A stretch of 64,000 nucleotides of DNA, from the IMG/VR virus record IMGVR_UViG_3300032243_000867, positions 192,001-256,000 of that record. The stretch is one strand, 5' to 3'. The notes below the pieces were generated by a model that was given only the letters and a program-made list of their open reading frames with translations, was not told the origin of the DNA and searched no databases. Source of the DNA: a virus (lineage: Duplodnaviria; Caudoviricetes). Within the stretch, counting starts at the first letter, position 1. Every line of letters starts with the position of its first letter. Made by a program: the position numbers and the translations under genes. This document shows positions 9,005-20,200 of this stretch, piece after piece.

Positions 9005-9559
9005 CTAGCGAGGGCGCTTCACCCAGCACGGTAGGCACACCGGGACGTACTCCCCCGCCCCGCCTACCAGCACGTCCCCGTCCTTCTTGACCCGGCACGC
9101 CGTCCGGGTGGCATCCCCCCCGCACGCGCAGATCGCCGTGAGCTTCTCCACCCGGTCCGCGAGGCACATGAGGTGCCCCATCGGCCCGAAGGGTCCGCCC
9201 TCGCTGGTGAGGTCCAAGCCCGCCGCGACGACGTGAACACCCTGCTCGACGAGCTTCCCCACCCACAGCGGAAGGTCAATGTCAAAGAACTGGGCTTCTT
9301 CGATCACCATCAGGTCGGGCGCGGGCGTGGGCATCGCCCGGTACAGGTCCGCCGAGCTTGTCACCACGCGGGGCTTCACGTCCAGCGATTCGAGGGTGAG
9401 TCCGCTATGGGTGACGACCTGTCCTTTGCTGCGAGTGTCTATCTTGGGCACCACCACGTCCACGCGCTTCTTGGAACGGAGCGCGCGAGAGACGTAGCGG
9501 TAGTACAGGGTGGTAGACTTCTCGGCGTACATGGGGCCGGTTACGACGGTCAGCGGCAT
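9005..9559 (-). CDS. tdk: Thymidine kinase (type II)
   Basis: VTGPMYAEKST, IEEAQFF, AGLDL, CACG..CLPC zinc ligands. Confidence 0.92.
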   Translation of the reverse strand: MPLTVVTGPMYAEKSTTLYYRYVSRALRSKKRVDVVVPKIDTRSKGQVVTHSGLTLESLDVKPRVVTSSADLYRAMPTPAPDLMVIEEAQFFDIDLPLWVGKLVEQGVHVVAAGLDLTSEGGPFGPMGHLMCLADRVEKLTAICACGGDATRTACRVKKDGDVLVGGAGEYVPVCLPCWVKRPR

Positions 9560-9595
9560 GGCGTCCTAACGATACGTCTATTGCCCCCGCACTGT

Positions 9596-9772
9596 GTGGG
9601 GAACAGGTTTCCACAGGAAGATCGCTGGTGCTCTCTCGAACCCGAAGACCCCTGCGAGCACAAGTACCTGCGGGTAGGAATCAACGGGTTCGTTTGCGCG
9701 GTGTGTGAGGAGCCCGTGCGGTTTTCCCCGCACGATCTGGTAAAGGACGACGGCCCCCCATCACGCACCTGA
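9596..9772 (+). CDS. Small Cys/His protein, possible zinc ribbon
   Basis: GTG start after CGTCTATTG; CEH..CAVC. Confidence 0.4.
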   Translation: MGNRFPQEDRWCSLEPEDPCEHKYLRVGINGFVCAVCEEPVRFSPHDLVKDDGPPSRT

Positions 9773-9880
9773 ACCCTACCAATTCTCCGCGAGAATCGCA
9801 CGGTATGCGGGCTACCGCGTCCTCATCCTTGGTGAAGTAGGAGAGTCCCTCCGCCCGCCTACGGGTTTTTTGCTCGGGCC

Positions 9881-10309
9881 TCATGGACCTTTTCGGACGA
9901 TGTCCTCGGCCTCGGCCAGAACGGACTTCGGCACCTTCCACGTCTTCTCCTCCGCGTACCAGCGGGCTCCGATGGCCTTGAGCTTTTCCTTCACGTCGTA
10001 GGTGCGACCGCGCACCGGGACGTAGTCGTCTTTAGACGACACCCCCGACAGGATGCGCGTCTCGTCCAAGGAGAGGTACAGAACCGCCCCGCGCAGCACC
10101 AGCCCGTTGTTTCCGCCACGGGCACGGTAGAACCGGGTAGCCCGTTCGTTCTCGGGAATCTCGAACGGTTGCGCCTCCCACCAAGTGGAACCGTCCGGGG
10201 CGAGGTGCTTGTAAGTACCCGGAGCGCCGAGAAGTTTGGCAATCTCTCCTTCGCTCTTCGGGGGGACGATCTCAGAAGTCTCGCCCGAGACGGGAATCAA
10301 GGTGGACAT
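9881..10309 (-). CDS. Hypothetical protein with C-terminal DUF5710-like domain
   Basis: GRTYDVKEKLKAIGARWYAEEKTWKV; GGGCGTAAC 7 nt upstream. Confidence 0.65.
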   Translation of the reverse strand: MSTLIPVSGETSEIVPPKSEGEIAKLLGAPGTYKHLAPDGSTWWEAQPFEIPENERATRFYRARGGNNGLVLRGAVLYLSLDETRILSGVSSKDDYVPVRGRTYDVKEKLKAIGARWYAEEKTWKVPKSVLAEAEDIVRKGP

Positions 10310-10342
10310 GACCGACGTTACGCCCGCGCGTAGGGTAGAGGA

Positions 10343-10636
10343 ATGAACTTGACGGATTCGGAAGAAGTCAGCTTGCGAACCCGCGCCAACCTCGGGCGCA
10401 GCTACTTGGGAGTTCCGGCGTTCTTCTTGACCATCGTCGGGGCAACCGTGGCGCTCGTTGCCCCCGTTGCTCACGAACCCGACAAAGCCGTGTACGGCGT
10501 GTACACCTTGGGAGCGGCCTTCGCCCTCTACCTACTCGGTGAGGTGGCGAACTTTCGGCGGGCGCGTGCTCGGGCCATCGTGCAGATGATTGACCGGGAG
10601 CGCGCCTTCAGTTCGTCTATGACCCCCTTGGAGTAG
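10343..10636 (+). CDS. Small two-TM membrane protein
   Basis: Two hydrophobic segments; AGAGG RBS. Confidence 0.55.
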   Translation: MNLTDSEEVSLRTRANLGRSYLGVPAFFLTIVGATVALVAPVAHEPDKAVYGVYTLGAAFALYLLGEVANFRRARARAIVQMIDRERAFSSSMTPLE

Positions 10637-10643
10637 GGAACGA

Positions 10644-10772
10644 ATGCGAAAAGCAGCACAGGCACGGCCCCGTCGAACGAACAGCCCGGAAACGAAAGAG
10701 AAAATGCGCCAGTCCGCTATCGAGGCGCATCGCGCTCGACGAGAGAAAACCTCAATGATTTCGGAGGGTTGA
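10644..10772 (+). pseudogene. NUMOD3-only relic of a homing endonuclease
   Basis: 42-aa ORF containing NSPETKEKMRQSA; A-rich composition. Confidence 0.5.
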
Positions 10773-10773
10773 G

Positions 10774-11655
10774 ATGTCGTTTGGCTGGCTAGGGTTTTTT
10801 CGCGCCGGGGCGTGGCTCTCCTACCGCACTTTCGTCCTTAATCAACGCCGGGACGTAGGCGCGCGTATCACCGCTATCAACGCGGAACTCGACCGCATTG
10901 GGTACGTTCGCATTCTGTACGCGGCGAACGCGAACAACCGGAACGTTCTGACCGAGAGGCGCATCGGGCTAGACGTTACGCCGAACACTTCCATCGAGCA
11001 GCTACTCCGCGCCTACATCGCGGCGGGGGGCAACCCCTTCGACATCTCGATGTTTCTCACCCCAGAATCTATCGAGGTGACGGAGAACGCTTCGGAACCG
11101 AACGCAGACGGGACGCTCTCCCAGACCTCGGTGAGACAGACGCAGCCCTACGGGGGGATCGCTACCTCTGCCACTACCGACCCTGTGACACCCGGCTTGT
11201 ATATGGGAGGTTGGCTCCCCCTGTGGAGGTATCCCCCGCGCCGCTTCGGAAACACCGTAAGCTACACGGCCCAGGCTGCGGACATGACCCGGACGATTCA
11301 CGCGACGCGGGAATGGGTGACTCAGGAGATTCGTACCCTTCGGAACGATCTCGAAGCCCGGATCATCAAGCTCATGGATCTCCGCGAACAGCTCACCAAG
11401 GAGAGGGACGAGCTCCTACCGCAGTCCGTCGCCGGGGCGGTGCCGAGCATTCCATGGTCCGACAACGGTCAGTTTGCCGTGAGCCACAACGTCGCCCCTA
11501 TCGTCGAGGGTATCGACGCGGTTTTCTTTCCGACGAAGCTCCCGGACGGGAGGCGGGATTTCGACAACCCGCGTGTGTCGGGTCCGAACCCAGAGAGTCC
11601 GATGCTCCTGGACGACGCGCCGAACGGCGAAGAGGATTTTTGCGCGATTGGTTGA
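10774..11655 (+). CDS. Hypothetical virion-associated protein
   Basis: GGAGG RBS; lies directly before baseplate genes; coiled-coil near the C-terminus. Confidence 0.6.
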   Translation: MSFGWLGFFRAGAWLSYRTFVLNQRRDVGARITAINAELDRIGYVRILYAANANNRNVLTERRIGLDVTPNTSIEQLLRAYIAAGGNPFDISMFLTPESIEVTENASEPNADGTLSQTSVRQTQPYGGIATSATTDPVTPGLYMGGWLPLWRYPPRRFGNTVSYTAQAADMTRTIHATREWVTQEIRTLRNDLEARIIKLMDLREQLTKERDELLPQSVAGAVPSIPWSDNGQFAVSHNVAPIVEGIDAVFFPTKLPDGRRDFDNPRVSGPNPESPMLLDDAPNGEEDFCAIG

Positions 11656-11691
11656 AGCGGTTTCCCCGCTATTGCACGCCCACGGTGAACC

Positions 11692-12795
11692 ATGTCGCTC
11701 GACGTGCAATTGGCTTTTTTGTGCCCCCACCTGATCGGTGAGGAACGGGTTGCTCTGGGTAGCGACCGCCGCACGTTGTACACGTCAAAGCCCATCAACG
11801 GACCGTCCCTTCTACGAGTGCAGGCCAACGACGGGACGGACATCTCCCCTTACACGGGGCTTGTGACGCTCGCTTCGGTGAAGTCGTACCGCCGCGAGCC
11901 GTACAAGATCACCCTTGCGACCCGAACGCTCGTCGTCGTCTCCCAGACGGGTACGGCCACCGTGACGTTTCCCCAGGGGTACCTATCGGCGGCGCGGGTA
12001 ACGGACGCCCTCAACGCCGGGGCGGGGAGCCTCATCGTGGCGGCAGCTTCCACAACGGGCTACGTCACGATCACGGACAAGGGCAATCCCGGACCCGCTT
12101 CGCGCGTGCAACTCTCGGGAAGCGCGCTGGAACCTCTCGGGTTCGACCTTCAATCGGGCGCGAAGGGGCGCACGGTTGTCCCGCCGTGGAGGCTGTACTC
12201 TCGGAACGTCGTGAACCCGCAGGATGCCGTGGATTCCCTCGGGTACTACGTCGGGTTCGATGCCCCCGTATCGCAGAACCCCTACTTCACGGTGACGTAC
12301 ACCGTGGCCCCGAACCTGTGCCTTCGGTGCCTGACCACGGAGGTCGAGAACGATTACCGCTTCGACGCGCAGGGCGCGGCGCTGGTGGTGAAGGACGAGA
12401 ACCTCCTGTACCAATCCGTCCTGAAGTACCTTCTCACCGACATCAAATCGAATATGTACCACCCGTGGTACGGAAGCACTCTGAAGTCCCTTATCGGCAC
12501 GAAGGTTCTGAGCGGCGCGGCGGCGGGTATCCGTCAGTCGGTGAGCACGGCGCTGTCTACCTTCAAGGCGTTGCAGGACGCCCAAGCGAAGTACCAACGG
12601 ATCACGGCCAAGGAGAGACTTTTCTCCGTGGACAACATCGCCGTGGCTCAGTCCCCCGTTGATCCGACGGTGTTCTACGTTCAGGTCAGCGTGCGAAACT
12701 ACGCGAACGAACCCGTGGACATCACCATCGCGTACGCGGCACCGGGGACGTTCGCGCTACCGGGCACCAACCAGATCTCACTAGGGAACTATTGA
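11692..12795 (+). CDS. Baseplate wedge protein with C-terminal gp25/gpW-like domain
   Basis: LLYQSVLKYLLT..HPWYGSTL..IG..ERLFSVDNI.V....TVFYVQVSV. Confidence 0.8.
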   Translation: MSLDVQLAFLCPHLIGEERVALGSDRRTLYTSKPINGPSLLRVQANDGTDISPYTGLVTLASVKSYRREPYKITLATRTLVVVSQTGTATVTFPQGYLSAARVTDALNAGAGSLIVAAASTTGYVTITDKGNPGPASRVQLSGSALEPLGFDLQSGAKGRTVVPPWRLYSRNVVNPQDAVDSLGYYVGFDAPVSQNPYFTVTYTVAPNLCLRCLTTEVENDYRFDAQGAALVVKDENLLYQSVLKYLLTDIKSNMYHPWYGSTLKSLIGTKVLSGAAAGIRQSVSTALSTFKALQDAQAKYQRITAKERLFSVDNIAVAQSPVDPTVFYVQVSVRNYANEPVDITIAYAAPGTFALPGTNQISLGNY

Positions 12796-15700
12796 TGGCC
12801 ACCTCGGTACAGATTCTCGGTCCCGACAATGTCCTCCGGGAAACCCTCATCTTTAGCACGACGCAGACCGCCCGGTTCTTCACGGGGGTTCTCCCCGATG
12901 ACACGGTGGACGTGGAGGTGTCCCTCTTCGGCCAGCCTTTCACCACGGACCCGACGCTGGTCGCGTTTCAGGGCACGGGCTTCGTTGTCCCGAACCCCAC
13001 GGCATACCCCGGCGGGTTGGACCTTTTCTCGGGCGACAACGAGATTCAGGTCCGGGCCGTGTTCCTCTCGGGGACTCGTTCGCCCGCCGCGACCGCCACG
13101 GTGCATCTCCTTCCGGCGAACCAGTCCGAGACTTTCTCCCCTCCCACGGGCGTCACCCTCGAACGTCTGGACGGGTCGGTGAAGGTGACGGTGCTCGGGC
13201 TCTCGGACGCCCGCATTGTCGGATACAACTTCTACGCTTCGTCCACGCAAGGGGGCGGGACGGCGGGTTACTCTCTTCTCAACGTGAACCGGGTGACTAC
13301 GGGGACGCCCGTTCAGAACGTCACCGACCTCTACACCCTCACGGCGGACAACGTAGCTCAGACGGCCACGCCCCTCTACTACCGGGCGGTTATCACGCAA
13401 GAGAACAGCGCCGAGACGGTTCTATCGACGGACGTAGACTCGCGGGTGGAGATCCCCAGTGCGGTGACGGCTCTTCGGTCTACCGTGACGGTTTCCTCCG
13501 TCGAGACTCTCACCTACTACAGCTTTCAGCACAACCGCTCTGCCTCGGCGCTATCTATCCCCGCCACGATCTTCAACGGGGTGTTCGCTAGCACCCCGGC
13601 GACGGACCTTCTGTACTACGTCTCCACGGCGATCTACTACGACAGCATCCTTCGGGTGGAGTACGAGTCGTACTACTCCACGGAGGTGACGGGGGCTCCC
13701 GCGCAAGTACGCCAACAGATCAACGGCATCACCGCCGTGTCTCGGCAACAGGTTCTGGAGAACGCCATCGCTAGCATCTACCGGCAAAACCCCGACATCG
13801 CGGTTCAACCGGGCTCGGTGGTGCGGGATACGTTCCTCGACCCGTTCACCACGGAGGCCGAACGTCTCCGTCTCATGCTGGACTACGTGTACCGCGCGAG
13901 TTCGTTCGACACCCTGCTCTTGGTAGACGACCCCTCGGGATCGGGAGTCTCTCAGCCCCCGGCTTCCTCCCCCTACAAGACCGCGCTAGCGGCGGCGCTG
14001 TTCTACGCGAACGTGGACGACGTGCAAAACGTCATCGACGGAAGCTTCGACAAGATCGCCGCGAACTTCGACGTGTTCCGCCTCGCGGGCACCCCCGCCG
14101 TGGGGGAGGTTCGCTTCTACACCTCCGCCGTTCCCTCCCAGACCGTTCAGATTCCTCTGGGAACGGTGGTGAAGGGCGGTGGGGTTGATTTCCGAACTAC
14201 GCGCTCCGCGTCGATGCCGGTGTCCCAGCTCGCTTCGTTCTACAACCCCTCCACCCGCCTTTACTCGGTCACGGTGCCGGTGCGGGCGATCAGCGTGGGG
14301 GCATCTACGAACGTCGGCCCGAACCAACTCACCAACTCGAACGTGTACGGGATGTCCGTTACGAACGATGCGGCGACCTTCGGCGGCGCGGACATCGAGA
14401 CCAATGCGCGTCTCGCCGCCCGCGCCCGGAACTCCCTCGCTTCGGTGGATACGGGTACGACCCTCGGGTATCTCCAAACGGCAGCGGGGGTGCCGGGAAC
14501 GATCCAGAACATGGTAGTCCGGGCGGGCGACCCCCTCATGCAGCGGGACTACGACACCACTCTTCAGCGGCACTTGGGCGGGAAGGTAGACGTGTGGGCG
14601 CGGGGGCTCCGCACCGTCACCGTCACGGACTCCTTCGCGTTCACCTACGAACGCCGAGACGGCGTGCAGTTCGTCGTGATCGGCAACCCGATGAACTACG
14701 TGTTCCGAGCGGTGAGCGAAGAGGTGACGCCCGACAACCCTCTGGCCGCGATGCTGTACTACCCTTCGCTGGACCTGGGGCTGAAGAACGTGACAACGGG
14801 CACGACGTTCAACCTCACCAACGTCACCTACCTGAACTTCAATACCATCCAGCTCGACGCGACCCTCACGCAACCGCCCGTCACCCTCACGGACATCGTG
14901 CTAGGGGACTTCCGGTTCCGCCTCGGAAACAAGCACACCTTCGTGCGCCAGCCCGTGAACGCTGTGTCTTCGGTGGTCGGAGACGTTACGGGGTCGCTAG
15001 ACTTCGACTTGTTCTCTCTGGTTCACCCGAACGGGCCTCTGGGCCTCGGGTGCAGCACCAAGGCCGGAGACTACCTCCAGATCAACCAGTCCACCGACCC
15101 GGCGGCGGTTACTCCCTCGGGGAACCTCATCCCGGTTTCTTCCGAACCCCACGTCATCACCGGGTTCTACACGGAGTACCTGTACTTCCTCGGTGCGGAG
15201 ACTCTCTCCATCGTGGTGAAGGACAACACCAACTCGATTACCTACAAGGGTCCCTACGATCCCAGCGGGTCGCCCGATTACCTCATCGTTGAGGGCACCT
15301 CGACCACGGCGGCGGGTATCAAGCGCACCTCGACCAGCGCGATCCCGGACGGCGCGGTCATTCTCATCTCGTACAGCTACTACGAGAACTTCGCCGTGAC
15401 CTACACGACGAACTTGGTGACCTCGGTGCTTCAGCAAGAGCTTGACGACATGGCTCACGCCACAGCGGACGTTCTCGCAAAACAAGCCGTTCTCACCCCG
15501 GTGGACATCACGGCTACGGTGATTCTGAAGAAGGGCGTGGACCGCGTGAACGCGGACCTCGCGATCCGCAACAATCTCCAGTACCTCGCGGGGACGCTCA
15601 AGCTCGGTGACCCGATGCGTCGCAGCGACGTGATCGGTGAGATCGACGGGACCGCCGGGGTGTCCTACGTCGTTGTCCCGCTCACAAAAATGGTACGGGC

Positions 15701-16160
15701 GACGGGGTGCCAGATCGTGCGGAACGATCTGGCTACGGGCTCCTTCGCGGACTCGTTCCTCATCCCCGATTGGTCCAACGGCCAGTATCAGACGTGGCTG
15801 ATTCTCGAAGAGCTCACGGCCCCGACCGCTACGGGGGGCGGGCCTATCAACGAGTTTCGTGGGGTGTACCAAGACGACAACGAGCTCACCCTTCAGTTGT
15901 CCGCGCCGCAGAACCTCGCCCTCGCTGGAGGGCAAGCCTACATCATCGGCAGCGAGGGTCAGGTGATCCCCGGTTACGGAACGGGTGCCGTGAAGAACCG
16001 TGTGCTGGTCTCCCTCCCCGTAGGGGACACCCCGACGAACCACACGTACTGGTGTACCTACACCACGTCGGAGGACGTGGGCGACAAGGACATCGACCCG
16101 AACTCGATGGAGTTCTTGGTGCTGGGTGATGTGCAAATTACGTTTGACGAGGATAGATAG
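12795..16160 (+). CDS. Baseplate J-like (P2 gpJ/T4 gp6-type) large wedge protein
   Basis: A.GEVRF..IPLGTVV..FRTT..VPVRA...GAS.NVG..VTN.AATFGGAD.ET..L.AR; DMAHATADVL. Confidence 0.85.
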   Translation: MATSVQILGPDNVLRETLIFSTTQTARFFTGVLPDDTVDVEVSLFGQPFTTDPTLVAFQGTGFVVPNPTAYPGGLDLFSGDNEIQVRAVFLSGTRSPAATATVHLLPANQSETFSPPTGVTLERLDGSVKVTVLGLSDARIVGYNFYASSTQGGGTAGYSLLNVNRVTTGTPVQNVTDLYTLTADNVAQTATPLYYRAVITQENSAETVLSTDVDSRVEIPSAVTALRSTVTVSSVETLTYYSFQHNRSASALSIPATIFNGVFASTPATDLLYYVSTAIYYDSILRVEYESYYSTEVTGAPAQVRQQINGITAVSRQQVLENAIASIYRQNPDIAVQPGSVVRDTFLDPFTTEAERLRLMLDYVYRASSFDTLLLVDDPSGSGVSQPPASSPYKTALAAALFYANVDDVQNVIDGSFDKIAANFDVFRLAGTPAVGEVRFYTSAVPSQTVQIPLGTVVKGGGVDFRTTRSASMPVSQLASFYNPSTRLYSVTVPVRAISVGASTNVGPNQLTNSNVYGMSVTNDAATFGGADIETNARLAARARNSLASVDTGTTLGYLQTAAGVPGTIQNMVVRAGDPLMQRDYDTTLQRHLGGKVDVWARGLRTVTVTDSFAFTYERRDGVQFVVIGNPMNYVFRAVSEEVTPDNPLAAMLYYPSLDLGLKNVTTGTTFNLTNVTYLNFNTIQLDATLTQPPVTLTDIVLGDFRFRLGNKHTFVRQPVNAVSSVVGDVTGSLDFDLFSLVHPNGPLGLGCSTKAGDYLQINQSTDPAAVTPSGNLIPVSSEPHVITGFYTEYLYFLGAETLSIVVKDNTNSITYKGPYDPSGSPDYLIVEGTSTTAAGIKRTSTSAIPDGAVILISYSYYENFAVTYTTNLVTSVLQQELDDMAHATADVLAKQAVLTPVDITATVILKKGVDRVNADLAIRNNLQYLAGTLKLGDPMRRSDVIGEIDGTAGVSYVVVPLTKMVRATGCQIVRNDLATGSFADSFLIPDWSNGQYQTWLILEELTAPTATGGGPINEFRGVYQDDNELTLQLSAPQNLALAGGQAYIIGSEGQVIPGYGTGAVKNRVLVSLPVGDTPTNHTYWCTYTTSEDVGDKDIDPNSMEFLVLGDVQITFDEDR

Positions 16161-16179
16161 CTTATACCTCTCGGAGGGT

Positions 16180-17256
16180 ATGCGGTTCATCTACGACGGT
16201 CACGCCAATGAGGGTGGAATCTACCGGATCACCAACCAGATCAACGGTCGGTTCTACATTGGCAGCACTTGTCAGTTCAAGGTGAGATGGGCAACCCATC
16301 GCCGTGAACTACTCAAGGGGAACCACTGTAACGCATTTCTCCAGAATGACTTCAACAAGTGTGGCGCAGATGCGTTCGTTGTTGAGGTGCTGGAGGTGAT
16401 CCCGGACAGGGACTCCCGCCTCTGGGCTGAAGGTGCGCTGATCCGCCAGCACTTCGGAAAGGGGTGTTACAACCTCGAACCTGAAGTAGGCCCCCACTAT
16501 CCAGTGAACTCACGGCCCCGGAAACCGCATACCGAGGCAACCAAGGAAAAAATTCGTCAGGCCAAGCGGGGTAAGAGACTCCCCCCAGAGGTCGAGGCAC
16601 AACGTGTAGATGCTGTCCGAGCATCCATGGCAAAACTGAAAGCCACCGGAGGAACCCGTGATTGGGGGGCATCCAAGCGTGGGGTACCTCGAACCGAGGA
16701 AGCCAAGGCCAAAATGCGGGAGTCCGTTGAGCAGCGCCGACAGAATGGGACACTGGTTCTGTCCCCAGAGCAGAGGGATCACCTTCGTCAGGTCAACCTC
16801 GGCAAAGTCTACGGTCCGCGTAGCGAAGAGACAAAGGCGAAACTGCGGGAGGCCTGGGAGTATCGTCCCAGGGTAGCAACCCGTGGTCCTATGAGCGAAG
16901 AGACCAAGGAGAACATCCGGCGGTCCAAGCTCGGGACCAGCCACACGGAAACGGCACGGGCTAAGATGTCAGCATCACACAAGGGCCGACCGTTGTCCGA
17001 CGAGACAAAAGCCAAAATGTCCACCGCACGGAAGGGTCAGGGCACGGGCCGACGCCACTCAGAGGAGACTCGGGCCAAGATGTCGGCTGCGAAGAAAGGC
17101 CGACAGGGACGACCCCTGTCGGATGAGACCAAGGCCAAAATCTCTGCCGCACGGAAAAATCGTAGGTCTGTGCCCCACTCAGAGGAAACGCGGGCCATGA
17201 TGTCACTCGCACAACAAAACCGTAGGGCATCCGAGAAGAGTGGGGCTGCACAGTGA
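16180..17256 (+). mobile_element. Free-standing GIY-YIG homing endonuclease with about 9 NUMOD3 repeats
   Basis: GGIYRITNQINGRFYIGST..FKVRW..H..GNHCNAFLQNDFNKCG; repeated (H/L)SEET(K/R)AKMS. Confidence 0.92.
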
Positions 17257-20200
17257 CAACACCCATCATCCCGAAGTCTCCGGTCCTCTACGGGCTGTAC
17301 AGGTTCTTCCCGCCGTCGGTCTACGGGCCAGCGCCGCAGAACCCCGCGCCCTTCAACCTGCACGGGCAGGTGGATCTGGACCGGGTGAAGTCCCTGGCTG
17401 ACCAGATCGTGACGGTGTTCCTGAACTCTCTGCCGAGCAACTATGTCTCGCAGGTGAAGGGGCCGTACTACGTCCAGCAGTTCCAAGCAGCGGCGGAAGA
17501 ACTCGCGAAGATTCAGGTACTGCTTTCCGACGCCTACGAAGACAGCGACTACGACTTCACCCGCACGGAGGTTCTGTACCAGTTCCTCGCCACGCTGGTG
17601 TTCCCGGACTCGGGGAAGTCTGGGCTACCCCAGATCGACGGGGATCTCACCTACCGTGACTTCCTCAAGCGCATGGTCGCCCTGCTGTTGCAGGGGTCGA
17701 AGTACGTCTCGCTGGTAGGCGGGCTGGAAGCCCTCACCGACGCGAACGTGTCGGTGCTGGAAAAGGTCAAGCATCTTTCCGACCCGGGAATCCTATGGAC
17801 CCTTGCCGACCAGTTCACCTTCGAGGTGGACGTGTCGAACTTCAAGCGCACGGGTACCACCACGGCGATCACCGTCGCCACGCACTACCACACCGTCACG
17901 GTGAACGTATCGGGCACGGGCACCACGGCCTCGGTGCTGTACGACGCGGGCACCGGGCCAGCGCACACGCACACGATCACCGACTTCTTGGTGCAAGAGG
18001 GCGCGGGCACGGGACAAGCCCCGCACACTCACGACCTGATCTCGACGTTCCCCGACCTGCCCATCGTCCTTCAGCGCAACGCGGCGCTGGTGCTCCAGGC
18101 CCTCGATCCGGCCAGCACCTTGTACGAGTACCGAAATCTGTTTCGCGAGAACCTACGGGGGCTCATCACCGACCAAGTGACGGCGATGGACCTGTCCTCG
18201 GGATACTACGAGGACTTCCGGCACGATTGCTCGGGCGTGCGGGAAATCTCGGGCACCGACGGCATCGTGGGCGCGGACCGCTTCCTGTTCCACGACCCGA
18301 CCCTGTCGTTTCGCAGCGTGCGTGTCGGCGCGGAACTGGTCATTCCGGTGCTCCCGCCTCCCGCACCTTCGTCTCACCTACCGCGCGAGAACCGCTACCG
18401 GGTCACGGCGGTGGTGCCCTTCCCCTACGGCGACGACCCCATTCCGCGCGCGTATACCACGTCGCCCACGGGCTTGACGGGATTCGTGACCGTGAGCGAG
18501 GGCGCGTTCACGGATACGACCCAGAACTTCACCCTGTGCGGCGAGGGTGAGACTATCACCCTCACCTCGGGGCCGAACGCAGGCACCTACCTGTTGGACG
18601 TGGCCACGGGGTTGAACGGGGGTCCGTTGGGCAACCCGGCTACTCTCGGACCGTCCACGGGCGTGCGCCCCGTGCCGTCCTACCTCCGGGTGGTGCCGCG
18701 CATTATGACCCCCGGTACGGGCATCACCTACCGGGTGATGGTGGATCACCTCGGCGTGCGCGTGCCGCAGACGGTGACGAACGAAGATGCCGGTTGGTAC
18801 TTCTTCGGCCCCGCCGTCACGGACACCCTCTACACGCGCCTCGGGCCTCTGGTGAAGTCTTGGGGTGACGCAACCCCGGCGCAGGTGGCCGACGTGACGG
18901 TGCGGTACGACGGGCTCCCTATCCCCGTCAGTGCCGTCAACCCCTACACGGGGGAAGTCACCCTCGCCGCGCCCGTCGCCCCGTTTGCGCCGGGGGCTCA
19001 CACGGTAACGGTGAGCTACCGCTGGTTCATCTCGCCCGTGACGGGGATGGCGGGGTTGAACACCAAGGGGCTCACCCTCAACAAGTGGTCCCTGCGCGGT
19101 GGCCGCAACACAACCACCACCCCGACGCCGACGAGCGTCTATGGCGGTTTCTACACCACCCCGTTTCCCATGGGCGTGACCCTCGGGCGGTTCAACCGTC
19201 GGGCTCCCTCCCTTCGCATCGCTCACAGGTACATCGGGTTCGAGAAGGGCTACACGGCGAGCCTCAACTCACCGACCACGATGCTCCTCAATCAAGTGCC
19301 GGGGAGAACCTCCGTTCCGTACGCCGTCGCGGACGTATCGCCCCAGAGCTTCCGATACGAGGGTGACGTACTGCCCGCCGCACCGTGGGAGCCCGTGGGT
19401 CCGGTGCTCGGGTCGCTGAATGAGGGGTACTACACCCTCGCGGACAACAGCCCCGCGCAGGTGGGTTACTGGAAGCGGGACTTCGCCCTTCCTACCTCCA
19501 CCACCGTCGCGATGGCCGCACGCTTTCGAGTGGTGAGTGCGAGCCCTGATGGGGTGTTCGCGGGCGTGGGCTTCGGGTTCCACAACAACCGTAGGCTGTT
19601 CTTCGCGGGTGCGTTGCGGGTGCCGAACCCGGTGACGGGAGAGCCTCTTCGGCACATTGGGATTCTCCTCCGTCCGGGAGACGCCTCACTGCGGTCTTCG
19701 TGGACCATCGGGCCGAACGCAGACGGCAAAGTGCAGAAGCTGTCCGCAGGGGCGACCTACGGCACGGTGGCCGTCCCCACGGCCACCGTGCCGACACTGG
19801 TCACGGCGGGCGACAAGTTTCAGATTCTCGACGGCACGCAAGCTGGCGTGTACACGATCACGGACTTGTACCTGTCGCGGCGCACGGGGCAGACCTTCTT
19901 GGTCGTTTCACCCCCGTTCCCGGCGAACCCGGAGCTTTTCGGCAACCGGGACGTGACCCTGTACTTCGACACCCCGTGGGATGCGGGGATGTGTACGTGG
20001 CGTCTGTACGCGAACACCCGTAGTCAATCCGTCACGGTGGTGTTTGGCGGCACGTCGGGGTCTACGACCTCGGTCACGACGAACACCTTGGCTAGCCCCG
20101 CGTACCTCGGCCCGGACGTACTCCCAGAGGGCTACGGGCGGGCGCTCTGGGGCTCCCTCGACCGCATCGCCACGAACACTGCGACGTGGGACTTCGTGCG

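Noticed and set aside
9681-9884. Possible small - strand gene coupled to the 9881 ORF
   Set aside because: Overlaps the 9596-9772 + strand ORF and has no motif; cannot decide between them
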